From: Patescibacteria group bacterium
Lineage (GTDB): Bacteria > Patescibacteriota > Saccharimonadia > CAILAD01 > BJGX01
DNA length: 36,835 nt
Assembly: GCA_026397045.1 (NCBI GenBank)
Contig: JAPLVO010000013.1
Coordinates: 1-36,835, forward strand
Reading direction: 5' to 3'
The notes under the pieces were generated by a model. That model worked only from the letters and a program-made list of their open reading frames with translations, was not told the origin of the DNA and did not search any database. Position numbers and translations under genes: made by a program. Below, piece by piece: positions 8,128 to 18,362 of the stretch; position 1 is the stretch's first letter, and the number at the start of each line of letters is the position of its first letter.

Positions 8128-9426
8128 TTAAGATGGCTCCAGGTATTGCCTAATTGCTTCCTGGAGTTTTTTAGGCATAAAACTATCTCGCCAGGACATA
8201 TAATCATAATTGGGTTCATCGAACTTTAGGCTAGATAGCTCTGGATAGCTACCTAATTTTTTGGACATTGCTATAGCGGTACGCGTTTCGGCAATTTCTC
8301 CCACACACTCTAGAGGCTTATGACCGTCGATGCCCAGGAGCTGCTCGAAAGTGCCTTTTAGCTCGGGGTCTGCAAAAAGATTTTTACCTCCAAAGAGCTC
8401 CATGAGCTGGATCTTACTAGTAAATGGTGAGAATACTGTAAAGACAAATGCACACTTGGGGCACTTTCCGCACCAACCAAGCTTGCTAGCATTCCCGACG
8501 GTGAAGTTGGCATTACAGCTTGAAAAAATAGCTTTATACTTATCAAGATAGTTCTCGCAAAATATTTTAGCTATTCTCAATTCGCTAAATGGCCTAAGCA
8601 CAGAATAATACTCAATGTCTTGAGCAATATTGGATTTAATATACTCGGCCATATCCTTTTCAAACATCGATGTTTTAGAGTACTGGTGGTTGATGGGGAG
8701 CCCACGCCATATCAAATTTGGCTCGTCGGTAGAAGATTCAATGGCCCAGATGAGGCTTTTTTTGCCGGATAGAATGGCTAGAACCACACCGATAAAGCCG
8801 ACTATTGCAGTGATTGGGACATGGCCATTATAGGCATCTAACTCATTTAAACGAACTAGGTTGGGGTCGATAGTTCGTGATACGCCTACTAAGTCAGCTC
8901 CTAGCACATCGGCGATCGCGCCGAATCTGGCGCCGTGGTTTACCACCCAACAACTAAAATCTATCCCTACTTCTTTTAGTAGTTCAGCGGCCACTATCGA
9001 ATCTTTACCTCCGCCAAGTGCCACTAAAGCACCTACGCCATTTGACTTGATCGGGGTATTTTTGGCAGCTTCAGAAAGCGGGAAATCAATTTGCCCCTTC
9101 CAGTCGAGTGAGTTCGTGTAGAAGAACTGGGCTAAGCCATTAATGTATATTTTATCGAAAAAGAGCTTTTGCTGTTTGCTAAGACTCCCCTTACTAATAA
9201 CTATTTTCTTTGGCAGATAGGCCTTATAGTAACTAATGCCCGCCATAATCCAGAGCGAGAAGAGTGCGCTATCGAGACTCTGGGGGCTATAATCCGTTGC
9301 CTCGACTTGCCATGCAATTGTTTCAGTGAAGAACAGTTCCCCATCTAAACTGTAACTGAAGACTGCCTTGTTAGTAGTTGAATCAAAAATGTAATCTTCA
9401 AATATAAATGCCTGATACTTTTTCAT
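8128..9426 (-). CDS. murL: UDP-MurNAc-L-Ala-L-Glu epimerase MurL-like
   Basis: GGGKDS PP-loop, NGHVPIT, INHQYSK, FSSCN, WCGKCPKC, HKPLECVGE; coupled directly behind murD. Confidence 0.8.
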   Translation of the reverse strand: MKKYQAFIFEDYIFDSTTNKAVFSYSLDGELFFTETIAWQVEATDYSPQSLDSALFSLWIMAGISYYKAYLPKKIVISKGSLSKQQKLFFDKIYINGLAQFFYTNSLDWKGQIDFPLSEAAKNTPIKSNGVGALVALGGGKDSIVAAELLKEVGIDFSCWVVNHGARFGAIADVLGADLVGVSRTIDPNLVRLNELDAYNGHVPITAIVGFIGVVLAILSGKKSLIWAIESSTDEPNLIWRGLPINHQYSKTSMFEKDMAEYIKSNIAQDIEYYSVLRPFSELRIAKIFCENYLDKYKAIFSSCNANFTVGNASKLGWCGKCPKCAFVFTVFSPFTSKIQLMELFGGKNLFADPELKGTFEQLLGIDGHKPLECVGEIAETRTAIAMSKKLGSYPELSSLKFDEPNYDYMSWRDSFMPKKLQEAIRQYLEPS

Positions 9427-9428
9427 TT

Positions 9429-10718
9429 CTAGCCAGTCCCTTCTACTATTTTATTAAATGCCAGTCCTCTCTGAATATAATCGCTGAACATATCAAAGCT
9501 AGAACAGCCTGGGCTAAATACCACGACATCACCTCGCTGGGCTTTGAGTAGGCCAGCAGCTATAATCTGCTCAAAGTTATTGCCGGACATATAATTGACA
9601 TTTTTAACATTCTTTTTTGATAGATCCTTGGCAATATTTTTACCTGTCTGACCATATGTAATAATTGCCCTAAAATCTTGTTTACTAACCTCTTCGGCCA
9701 GATCGTCAAATTGCGTTTTTTTATCATAACCGCCTAGGAACAGGACTTGTGGCTGCGTGAAGCATTTGATGGCAGCTATAGTGGAGGTAGGGTTGGCGGA
9801 GAATGAATCGTTATAATACTTTATTCCATTCCTCTCTGCAACAAGCTCTATATGGTAAGGTAGCCCAGTAAATGTGGAGAGGACCTGGCGGATAGCTTTG
9901 ATATCTTGGGTATAAACCCAGCATGCTGCAATTGCGGCGCACATGTTCTGCAGATTATGGACTCCAGGCAAGGCAATATCCGACACATTAACTATTTTTT
10001 GACCAAAGGCCACGATAGCGCCATCCTTAACACAGACATCGGCTGTTGAGCCATAAGAATATTTTGTTTCTGCTGCTGATAATTGAGCTAGCTGCTGAGA
10101 GACCTTATTATCTGCATAATAAATCGCTACATTATCAGGCTTTTGAAACTTAAAAATATTACCCTTGGAGTTCTGGTACTCGGCTAGGTCATCATGCCAA
10201 TCTAGGTGGTCTTGGGTCACCATAAGACAGACAGCCACTTGCGGGCTTGAATCGACATCATAAAGCTGAAAACTAGACATCTCGTAAATGACTACATCGC
10301 TAGATTTGATATTCTGGAGTTCATCTAGTGCGGGAGTTCCGATGTTACCTAGTAAATGGGCAGTTATGCCAGCTTGTCTTAGAATCTTATATACTAAGGT
10401 GGCCGTGGTGCCCTTGCCCTTAGAGCCAGTCACGCCGATGATGGGAGCCTTGCAGCTTTGCAAGAACTCGTTAGTGGGGGTAGTTATAGGAGTCTTAATA
10501 GAGCTGGTCTGGATCCTTAGGCCTGGGCTCCGAACTAGCAATTGGTAACCATAATTGTCCAGCCCCATAAGAGCATCGGGCCCAAGCACAGATGCTACTC
10601 CCTTGGGTATATTCTTATTAAGATCGTTGTCATGGATAGTTATTTCGTTGCTGGACTTGCTCCAATGCCTAAATGCCGACTGGCCTTCTTTGCCGTATCC
10701 TAGTATTGCTATCTTCAT
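9429..10718 (-). CDS. murD: UDP-MurNAc-L-Ala--glutamate ligase (likely MurD2 type)
   Basis: GYGKEG, RSPG, GVTGSKGKGTT, GNIG, EMSSFQL, DHLDWH, NDS, FSPGCSSFDMF. Confidence 0.93.
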   Translation of the reverse strand: MKIAILGYGKEGQSAFRHWSKSSNEITIHDNDLNKNIPKGVASVLGPDALMGLDNYGYQLLVRSPGLRIQTSSIKTPITTPTNEFLQSCKAPIIGVTGSKGKGTTATLVYKILRQAGITAHLLGNIGTPALDELQNIKSSDVVIYEMSSFQLYDVDSSPQVAVCLMVTQDHLDWHDDLAEYQNSKGNIFKFQKPDNVAIYYADNKVSQQLAQLSAAETKYSYGSTADVCVKDGAIVAFGQKIVNVSDIALPGVHNLQNMCAAIAACWVYTQDIKAIRQVLSTFTGLPYHIELVAERNGIKYYNDSFSANPTSTIAAIKCFTQPQVLFLGGYDKKTQFDDLAEEVSKQDFRAIITYGQTGKNIAKDLSKKNVKNVNYMSGNNFEQIIAAGLLKAQRGDVVVFSPGCSSFDMFSDYIQRGLAFNKIVEGTG

Positions 10719-10757
10719 GGCTCTAATTATAGACTGTTTTAGGCTATTCTAGCTAAT

Positions 10758-10787
10758 TTAGGCCCCCTTACTTCGAAGGGGGCCTAA
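10758..10787. terminator. GC-rich terminator-like hairpin
   Basis: TTAGGCCCCCTT-ACTTCG-AAGGGGGCCTAA downstream of the hydrolase gene. Confidence 0.65.
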
Positions 10788-10810
10788 GAACGATAGGACT
10801 ACTAAGTGAT

Positions 10811-11485
10811 TTACCTTACGGTCTGCTTGTGGCGGACTGATACGCTATGGATTACCGCGGGACTATTGACCAAAGAAACATGTCCCACCGTGGCATAGAT
10901 GATATTTATTCTGCTAATCTTGTCTCCTATTGCCATTTTAGCGGTGAAAAGAGCAAAATTTTCTAAATGCGTAGGTACTACTAAATAATTATTGCCACCG
11001 TCTACCATGGAGGCAAACCAGGGCACGACTAGAGCATCGAGAGCCGAAAAATATGAATGCACCTTGCTAGGGTCTAAATTTTTATTTTTCCTAAGCTCGC
11101 TTAACCAGCGACTTCGATGATTCATCGCTTTTATAGATGGGAACGGGAACCATGTTGGGGCAAGCCTGGTGCCATAAAATGGCGATCCAAACACCTCGAC
11201 CGAAATAACTCGGTCAGGGAAGTGATTAGCCAATGCTAGCGCCAGCAGCCCTCCCTGAGAGTGCCCAACTAATATATATTCTGTCTCTTTTCCATGATAA
11301 AAGTAACGCTCCGTGAGCTGGCTTAGAGAACTATCAATTCTGCCGATGCCCAATAGAGGTATGCTTTCAAGATGTACGCTGAGACCAATCTTTTCAAATA
11401 GCTCTATAAGCTTTGCATAGGGGTAGTGTTTGATTCCAAATGGCGGGGCAAATGTCCCCGAAATTATAATTACCTCTGGTTTCAT
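10811..11485 (-). CDS. Alpha/beta hydrolase (lipase/esterase-like)
   Basis: LVGHSQGG nucleophile elbow, GSPFYGT, DALV and GH candidate Asp/His; GAGGTG SD. Confidence 0.85.
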   Translation of the reverse strand: MKPEVIIISGTFAPPFGIKHYPYAKLIELFEKIGLSVHLESIPLLGIGRIDSSLSQLTERYFYHGKETEYILVGHSQGGLLALALANHFPDRVISVEVFGSPFYGTRLAPTWFPFPSIKAMNHRSRWLSELRKNKNLDPSKVHSYFSALDALVVPWFASMVDGGNNYLVVPTHLENFALFTAKMAIGDKISRINIIYATVGHVSLVNSPAVIHSVSVRHKQTVR

Positions 11486-11553
11486 TTCTCACCTCGTTGT
11501 AGGGTTGTAGGGAATAAAGCTCATGGCTATTTAATCACAGTCCTGTGAGTTAC

Positions 11554-12258
11554 TCAAGCCGACTTTTTGACCTCATACTTCTCTAAAGCATCTTGAGCTG
11601 CAGATTGCTGAGCAGTTTGCTTACTATTGCCTTTACCTGTGCCCCATATTTTATCCTTCAAATAGACTGCCATCTCGAATATCTTGTCGTGGTCCGGCCC
11701 TGACTCCGACACTACTTCATAGTGAGGCGTAGTACCTTCTCGCTCCTGAGAGATTTCCTGGAAATGACTCTTGGCATCAATATGGGCTCCCGAAGCCAAG
11801 ATACCATCAAGCTTAGAATTGATATTTACATCGATGAATTTGGCTGCTTCGTCGTAACCCTGGTCTAAATATATAGCACCTATTATTGCTTCGACCAAGT
11901 TAGCCAGTAGGGCCATCCTGGTTCTACCACCGCTCTTAGCTTCTCCCCGGCTCATCAGTAAAAATTTACCTATATCTAATGTTTCGGCCAGATCAGCCAG
12001 GCTCTCGGTCTTAACTAAAGCTGCTCGCCAGCTTGTCAGTTCTCCCTCGGGTTTATCCAAAAACTTTAAAAACAAGAAATCTGTCACTACTAGCTCTAAA
12101 ACTGCATCACCCAAAAATTCCAGCCTCTCGTTGTGATGCTTTACTGTAGAGCGGTGCTCATTCACATAACTGCGGTGGGTAAAAGCAGTTTTGATTAGAT
12201 CATCGCTCTTAAACTTAACCTTGATTATTGCTTCGACTTGTTCTTTATTGAATACCAT
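11554..12258 (-). CDS. rnc: Ribonuclease III
   Basis: AFTHRS, NERLEFLGDAVL, dsRBD with GPDHDKIF. Confidence 0.97.
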   Translation of the reverse strand: MVFNKEQVEAIIKVKFKSDDLIKTAFTHRSYVNEHRSTVKHHNERLEFLGDAVLELVVTDFLFLKFLDKPEGELTSWRAALVKTESLADLAETLDIGKFLLMSRGEAKSGGRTRMALLANLVEAIIGAIYLDQGYDEAAKFIDVNINSKLDGILASGAHIDAKSHFQEISQEREGTTPHYEVVSESGPDHDKIFEMAVYLKDKIWGTGKGNSKQTAQQSAAQDALEKYEVKKSA

Positions 12259-12739
12259 ATGCTTTTCTTACGCGTTTTGCGCCCTCCTCTAATAATACTT
12301 TGGTTGCCTTGTATTCGATAGCCTTAAATGCAGCTTGCTCGTCAAACCAGCTAACATCTACTATGCCTTCTGACTTTTCAGGCAGTAAGGTTTCATTCAG
12401 GTCTGTCGATTCCATCAAAAAAACATAAGTCGTCATGAATATCAGTTTACCCTCCATACGATAGAAAAAGTGTATTTTATCTAGCTTATCAATTATCTTA
12501 ATACCCACGAGCCCCGTTTCCTCTGCAACCTCTCTGATGGCAGTCTGCTCGAGTGTCTCGCCACTCTCTACATGCCCCTTAGGTATACTCCAGCGACCTT
12601 TAACATCCTGAAGCAATAAAAACTCCAGGGATCCATTTTTAATTCGAAATATAACTCCTCCGGCAGTGTACTCTCGTACGGCCTTAGAGCGTAGGTCTTT
12701 GGAATGCTCTTTATTTTTTGGTCGATTTCGATGAGTCAT
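12245..12739 (-). CDS. NUDIX hydrolase
   Basis: Nudix box [23 protein letters not shown]; start uncertain (ATG 12739 or 12751 rather than 12856). Confidence 0.88.
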   Translation of the reverse strand: MTHRNRPKNKEHSKDLRSKAVREYTAGGVIFRIKNGSLEFLLLQDVKGRWSIPKGHVESGETLEQTAIREVAEETGLVGIKIIDKLDKIHFFYRMEGKLIFMTTYVFLMESTDLNETLLPEKSEGIVDVSWFDEQAAFKAIEYKATKVLLEEGAKRVRKAYGIQ

Positions 12740-13220
12740 TTTGGCTGGCATCGACTTGACCGATTCGTTTGTCTTCTCTGGGGTCATATAGCTCGCTTTG
12801 TCTGAATATTGTTCCCAATACTCCATTAATAAATTTACTGGAGTTGTCGCCACCAAATTCTTTGGCTAGCTCAACTGCCTCATTTATAACTACCTTTGGC
12901 GGTACATCCTTTTTAATTAGCAGTTCGTAGAGGCTCATTCTTAGAATTGACTTGTCAATCTTGGCGATCTGATCAATTGGCCACTCTGGGGCAGCTGGTA
13001 TGATCATTTTATCGAGTAGATCTAGATTCTTGAAGGTTCCCTTGACTAGATCGATTATAAACTCTGATTCGTCTACTGCATCTCGATAGACCTCAATATT
13101 GCGCCTCAATACTTCGTCCGTATCAGTACTTAGGCCATCTATACCCAAGCTATCACGAAAGTCACATTCGTAAATACTTTGAAGGGCGATGATCCTACAA
13201 AGATGTCGATTGGAGGCCAT
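12711..13220 (-). CDS. nusB: Transcription antitermination factor NusB
   Basis: [40 protein letters not shown]. Confidence 0.96.
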   Translation of the reverse strand: MASNRHLCRIIALQSIYECDFRDSLGIDGLSTDTDEVLRRNIEVYRDAVDESEFIIDLVKGTFKNLDLLDKMIIPAAPEWPIDQIAKIDKSILRMSLYELLIKKDVPPKVVINEAVELAKEFGGDNSSKFINGVLGTIFRQSELYDPREDKRIGQVDASQNDSSKSTKK

Positions 13221-13224
13221 TTAG

Positions 13225-13392
13225 CTAGACCTTTCTTGATCGTGCTAATCCAAGGCTAGCTGCTTTATGCAGCCGCCTAGGTACGGCCTGCCCACTGGTC
13301 TTTTCTACAACCAAATTTACTGCGACTAGGCTATCGTGATTGCGTCTCTGCCCACGAGTAGATGATGTTCGGCGTTTCTTAGGTACTGCCAT
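13225..13392 (-). CDS. rpmF: 50S ribosomal protein L32 (55 aa, not in ORF track)
   Basis: Manual translation MAVPKKRRTSSTRGQRRNHDSLVAVNLVVEKTSGQAVPRRLHKAASLGLARSRKV; AAGGAG SD. Confidence 0.93.
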   Translation of the reverse strand: MAVPKKRRTSSTRGQRRNHDSLVAVNLVVEKTSGQAVPRRLHKAASLGLARSRKV

Positions 13393-13413
13393 TGTTCTCT
13401 CCTTTTAGTTAGA

Positions 13414-13525
13414 GAAGATATATAAGCAAAGAGCTTTTGCGAAGTGCATTATCGAAATATCGAGATTGATTAGATTAGCGAGTGCTTTATACTTTGCCAA
13501 TCTAGATTGCACTAGGCATATCTTC
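13414..13525 (-). ncRNA. Candidate structured RNA / 5' leader of the rpmF operon
   Basis: Nested stems GAAGATAT/ATATCTTC, GTGCA/TGCAC, TAGATTGGC/GCTAATCTA and side hairpin GCAAA/TTTGC. Confidence 0.5.
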
Positions 13526-13532
13526 GAAATCA

Positions 13533-13561
13533 ACTATAGCAAATTTTAGCAGTTTTGGCAA
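13533..13561 (-). promoter_or_regulatory. Sigma70-type promoter of the rpmF operon
   Basis: TTGCCA-N17-TATAGT with TG extension. Confidence 0.7.
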
Positions 13562-13563
13562 GG

Positions 13564-15981
13564 CTAGCGGACTACAAAATTAACAAGCTTACCTGGTACG
13601 GAAATGACCTTGACGATATCCATACCACTCATTTTATCGGCAAGTTTATCACGAGCCATTCGCTCAAGCTCGACTGGGCTGTGGGCATTTTCAATGTTTA
13701 CTATAAATTGATCTCGAAGTTTTCCATTAATCTGGATTACTATAGTCAAGACATCGTCTTTGCAAAGGTTAGGATCATACTTTGGCCAGGCCTGGAGATG
13801 AACACTTTGCTCATTATTTAATAATTCCCATAGCTCTTCAGATAAATATGGTGCAAATGGTGCCAGCAGCTTGGTGAATGTTGAGGTTATTACGTTCCAC
13901 TGCTCTTTAGATATTTGGCCCTTATGTTTTAGGGTCCCGGCAAAATTAACAAACTCCATCATTGCAGCAATGGCTGTATTAAATCTGATTTTTTGAACGT
14001 CTTCAGTGACTTTTTTTATAAGCCTATGAAGCTTTGAAACTAGCTCGGCTTCAACTATTGAGTCAAGACTAGCCTCTTTATACTCTGTCGTGATAAGTTC
14101 CCATATTTTATTAATGAATCTATAGGTACCCTCGAAGCGCTTCGGATCCCAGGGTCCACCATCTTCGTACGGGCCCATGAACATCAGGTACATCCTGACA
14201 GAATCAGCACCGTATTTGTCGACATAGTCGTCGGGGTTAATGACATTGTTCTTTGATTTACTCATCTTCTTGCCATCGGGCCCGTTTATCATCCCTTGAT
14301 TAATAAGCTTCATGAAGGGCTCATCAAAATCAATATAGCCCTGCGAATGTAAGAACTTAGTAACGAAGCGAGCGTACATTAAATGCAGTACGGCATGTTC
14401 AGCGCCACCAATGTAGTTATCCACTGGTAGCCATTGTTTGACTGCCACTGGGTCAAATGGGCCAGCTTGATAGTTTGGGTTGGGATAACGTAAGAAATAC
14501 CAGCTGCTATCCACAAAAGTATCCATAGTATCGGTTTCCCGCTTGGCCTCACCGCTACATTGAGGACACTTAACATCAAGGAAGTCTTTATTGTCTAAAA
14601 GCGGGCTACGGCCATCTTCGCCGAATTTTTGGTTCAGGGGTAGCTCGACTGGCAGGTCGGCTTCTGGTACAGCCACCACGCCACATTTTTCACAGTGGAT
14701 TATTGGGATTGGTGTGCCCCAATATCGTTGCCTGGATATCAGCCAATCACGCAATCTAAATTGAGTTTGGCTTTTACCAATCTCGGTTTTTTCGAGCCAT
14801 TTGATAATCTTGGCTTTTGCGCTAGTGCTATCTAGGCCGCTAAATTCGCCAGAGTTTATTAGCTTGGTATCTGCCTCATGGTTACTGCCCTCTGAGCTTT
14901 CATCGCTTAACACTTGCGTAATATCTAGGCCAAACTTACTAGCAAATTCAAAATCACGCTCATCGTGAGCTGGCACCGCCATTATTGCACCAGTTCCATA
15001 ATCCATTAGAATATATTCGCTTATCCAGATTGGTATATTTTGATTAGTCGCAGGGTTAACAGCAAAAGCGCCAGTAAAAACTCCCGTTTTTTCTTTAGTT
15101 TCCATGCGATCTATATTGGTCTTAGCACCTACATCAGATATGTATTTTTTTACTGCATCAGACTGGCTATTTGTTGTTATAGTTTCAATAAGCGGATGTT
15201 CGGGGGCAACGACCATAAATGTAACTCCGAAAATAGTATCGGCTCTGGTAGTATAGACATCTAATTTTTGAGTTGAGTTATCGATTGGAAACTCGATATG
15301 CGCACCAACGCTACGACCTATCCAGTTGCGCTGCATGTCTTTTATGCGTTCAGGCCAGTCAATCTTATCAAGGTCGTCAATAAGAGCGTCTGCATAATCT
15401 GTAATCTTAAGAAACCATTGCTTCAAAAGCTTTCGTTCGACTTTTGCGCCACTACGATCGGCGAAGCCATTGACCACCTGCTCATTTGCAAGAACTGTCT
15501 TATCGACTGGATCCCAATTAACCAAAGCCTCTTTTTGATAAGCTTTGCCTTCATGAAACATCTTAAGAAACATCCATTGCGTCCATTTGTAGTAGCTGGG
15601 GTCGCTGGTCTGAAAAGTCTTACTCCAGTCATACATAGCACCAATCTTATTTATTTGCGCAGTCATGTCAGAAATATTTTGATTGGTCCACTCATCAGCC
15701 ATCAGTCCTCTTTGAATGGCTGCGTTTTCTGCTGGCAGACCAAACGAATCAAAGCCAAAAGGTTCTAAGACATTCTGGCCATGCATTCTAGAATACCTGG
15801 CCAGCGTATCGGCTGGGGCAAAATTGTACCAGTGCCCAATGTGCAGATTACCCGATGGATATGCAAACATCACCAAATTGTATAATTTATTTTTTGGATC
15901 TTTAGAGGTCTTATTTATATCAGTTTCTTGCCAAATTTTGCTCCACTTGGCTTCATTTTTTACTGGGTCGTAGTTATTCAT
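13564..15981 (-). CDS. leuS: Leucine--tRNA ligase
   Basis: YPSGNLHIGH, GTGAIMAVPAHDERD editing domain, DWLISRQRYWG, KMSKS. Confidence 0.98.
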   Translation of the reverse strand: MNNYDPVKNEAKWSKIWQETDINKTSKDPKNKLYNLVMFAYPSGNLHIGHWYNFAPADTLARYSRMHGQNVLEPFGFDSFGLPAENAAIQRGLMADEWTNQNISDMTAQINKIGAMYDWSKTFQTSDPSYYKWTQWMFLKMFHEGKAYQKEALVNWDPVDKTVLANEQVVNGFADRSGAKVERKLLKQWFLKITDYADALIDDLDKIDWPERIKDMQRNWIGRSVGAHIEFPIDNSTQKLDVYTTRADTIFGVTFMVVAPEHPLIETITTNSQSDAVKKYISDVGAKTNIDRMETKEKTGVFTGAFAVNPATNQNIPIWISEYILMDYGTGAIMAVPAHDERDFEFASKFGLDITQVLSDESSEGSNHEADTKLINSGEFSGLDSTSAKAKIIKWLEKTEIGKSQTQFRLRDWLISRQRYWGTPIPIIHCEKCGVVAVPEADLPVELPLNQKFGEDGRSPLLDNKDFLDVKCPQCSGEAKRETDTMDTFVDSSWYFLRYPNPNYQAGPFDPVAVKQWLPVDNYIGGAEHAVLHLMYARFVTKFLHSQGYIDFDEPFMKLINQGMINGPDGKKMSKSKNNVINPDDYVDKYGADSVRMYLMFMGPYEDGGPWDPKRFEGTYRFINKIWELITTEYKEASLDSIVEAELVSKLHRLIKKVTEDVQKIRFNTAIAAMMEFVNFAGTLKHKGQISKEQWNVITSTFTKLLAPFAPYLSEELWELLNNEQSVHLQAWPKYDPNLCKDDVLTIVIQINGKLRDQFIVNIENAHSPVELERMARDKLADKMSGMDIVKVISVPGKLVNFVVR

Positions 15982-16068
15982 AATGTCCTTATTGTACCAA
16001 ACTTGCCCAGCCGATAGCCAGTATTAAGCTGTCTGCAGGCTAAATTTGCTATATTAGGGGCATGGTAT

Positions 16069-17001
16069 TTATGCTGGAGTTAGCCAGCTTGTGAGCATGG
16101 AATTTTCTCCTTTTTGAGCCTGGGCATAGCTAAGGCTTAGTTGGCGTGTGATTTTACCGATCTTACCATCGCCCAGCTTGCGCTTATCAATACTTAAAAT
16201 CGGAGTAATGTTAGCTGAACTGCCACACATAAAGGCCTCATCTGCAATGTATAGTTCGGTCCTATCGATTGGCCTTTGTTCGCAGGCAATACCAAGTATG
16301 CCGGCTATTTGCATGATACTAGAGCGAGTAATGCCCTCTAATATATCGGTTGCCATATCAGGTGTGATAATTTTGCCATCACGGACTATAAATAAATTTG
16401 CAACGGTGCCTTCGCTAACATGACCAGTACTATCAAGTGCGATTGCCTCATCGTAGCCATTTTGCAAAGCTTCATTTTTCATTAAGCTGGCATTAACATA
16501 CTGCCCATTAACCTTGGCCCTTGATGGAATCATATTATCGGCTGAGCGCGTCCAGCTACTAACACAGGCTTTAATACCGCTACGCGGGAATATCTCACCC
16601 ATCGGGTATACATAGGCACTTAGGGAATTTTTAAGACCTTTTATTTTGGTGCCAGCTATTTCCTCATCAATAAATATCGTAACCCTCACCAGAGCATCTT
16701 CCTGCACGCTGTTTTTGCGTAGAAGATTGATCATAATTTTTTCAAATTCAGCATAGCTATATTTATCTTCGAAGCTTTCGAAGTCCATAATGCGAGCTGA
16801 ATTGCATAGCCGTTTGTAGTGATCCTTTAGTCTAAAAATATTTAGTTCTTTTGAATTTTTATTCCAGATTGCGTTAAAGACGGTGTAAACACTAAGACCG
16901 TATAAAACAGGTGAGCTGGCGATGCTTAGGTTGGCATCTTTAAAAGGCACCCACTGGTCTCTGAAATATACGATTGATTTAGAATAATTTAACTTTTGCA
17001 T
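16069..17001 (-). CDS. PLP fold-type IV aminotransferase (IlvE/D-amino-acid aminotransferase family)
   Basis: FRLKDHYKRL, RAKVNGQY (PLP Lys), GYDEAI, EGTVANLF, ILEGITR. Confidence 0.9.
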   Translation of the reverse strand: MQKLNYSKSIVYFRDQWVPFKDANLSIASSPVLYGLSVYTVFNAIWNKNSKELNIFRLKDHYKRLCNSARIMDFESFEDKYSYAEFEKIMINLLRKNSVQEDALVRVTIFIDEEIAGTKIKGLKNSLSAYVYPMGEIFPRSGIKACVSSWTRSADNMIPSRAKVNGQYVNASLMKNEALQNGYDEAIALDSTGHVSEGTVANLFIVRDGKIITPDMATDILEGITRSSIMQIAGILGIACEQRPIDRTELYIADEAFMCGSSANITPILSIDKRKLGDGKIGKITRQLSLSYAQAQKGENSMLTSWLTPA

Positions 17002-17058
17002 ATTTATTATTGTATCTGTCTTGGTCGGTCAAGACTAGCCCCGATAGGATATTTTGCA

Positions 17059-18336
17059 CTACAGCCCAAAAGCTTTTCGCTTTTTTCGCTGCCAGGATTT
17101 ACTTTGCCGCACAACAAAATCTTTCGGGTTAAGGCTTGGATCTAATAATATCCGAACAGCTTCTTCTAGGAAAACGCCATTTTGCGAGCCCTTTACGAGT
17201 ACCACATCGCCTTTTGCCAAAATTCGCTTTAGAAAATGCCCTACCTCATAAGGGGTTTTGAACATCTTAATATTGTCTGAGTCCATGCCGCCCGCCTTGG
17301 CTCCCTCGACGATATTAATTTCAGCGTCCCGTCCTATCACAATGAGCATATCGGCTTTGGCTGCCGCCACCTTGCCAACCTCATAATGCCCTTTCCGGGC
17401 ATACTCACCAAGCTCATTCATATTCCCCAAAATAGCAATACGCTTCTTTGCATTAATATCGCCTAGCACTCCCAGGGCAGCGATAGCAGCAACAGGGCTT
17501 GAATTGTAGCTATCATCGATAATACTGGAGCCATTTACTCCTTTAATAAGCCTCATTCGGCCATTTACTCCCTCTATCTTTGCAAGTCCCTTGGCTATAT
17601 CTTTTATTTCCATGCCCAGCTGGCTAGCTACGCTGGCGGCAGCAAGTAGGCTACTGAGGCTCTGCACACCCACCATTTTAGTAGTTATCTTGTGACTCTG
17701 CTTGCCAAAATAGAGTGTGGCCTGCAAATTACCTGATTTCAATCTCACGATATTGCCAAACCTAATAGAATCTCTTTGAGTGCCATAGCCTACCGAATTT
17801 TTTATCTTAGAAGCCTGCTTAGCAAGAGATTCAAATTCGCCATTATATATAACGGTCTTAGCCTGGCTAGCAATCATACAATTATCGTGTATTACCTTTT
17901 CAATACTCCCCATACGATCCATATGTACTCTAGCCACACCAGTGATAACCCCATAGCTAGGCTTAATAAAGGCCAGGAGCTTCATCATATCTTCGAGTTC
18001 ATCATCTGCCATCTCGAGCACAATAATGTCATAAGGATAATTTTTAATAATAGAATTTATCTTTTGGAGAATCCTGTGCCAGGCAACTGGATCCCACAAG
18101 TTAGTGGGTGCCTTTAGGCCAAAAAAGCTAAGCGGCAAGCCGATATCCGTATTATAACTATCCTCGCTAAACTGTACTTGGTGGGCAGAGCTGAGCAGCT
18201 GCCCTATAGCCACCTTTGCGCTCGTCTTGCCGATGCTACCAGTAACAGCAATTACGGTTAATGTTTTTGAATCCAGTAGCTGACGAACCTTTTTAGCTAG
18301 CCGAAGTGCGATTAATTTTTTCGGTAGTTTCTTCAT
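17059..18336 (-). CDS. murF: UDP-MurNAc-tripeptide--D-Ala-D-Ala ligase
   Basis: AVTGSIGKTS, SYNTDIGLP, GRM, IIDDSYNSSP, LGNMNELG, VLVKGS. Confidence 0.92.
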   Translation of the reverse strand: MKKLPKKLIALRLAKKVRQLLDSKTLTVIAVTGSIGKTSAKVAIGQLLSSAHQVQFSEDSYNTDIGLPLSFFGLKAPTNLWDPVAWHRILQKINSIIKNYPYDIIVLEMADDELEDMMKLLAFIKPSYGVITGVARVHMDRMGSIEKVIHDNCMIASQAKTVIYNGEFESLAKQASKIKNSVGYGTQRDSIRFGNIVRLKSGNLQATLYFGKQSHKITTKMVGVQSLSSLLAAASVASQLGMEIKDIAKGLAKIEGVNGRMRLIKGVNGSSIIDDSYNSSPVAAIAALGVLGDINAKKRIAILGNMNELGEYARKGHYEVGKVAAAKADMLIVIGRDAEINIVEGAKAGGMDSDNIKMFKTPYEVGHFLKRILAKGDVVLVKGSQNGVFLEEAVRILLDPSLNPKDFVVRQSKSWQRKKRKAFGL

Positions 18337-18362
18337 AGTTCGTGTATTCTAGCATAAAAATG

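Noticed and set aside
12752..12856. Long N-terminal extension of the NUDIX ORF
   Set aside because: Lies within the conserved core of nusB in another frame; a later ATG is more plausible.
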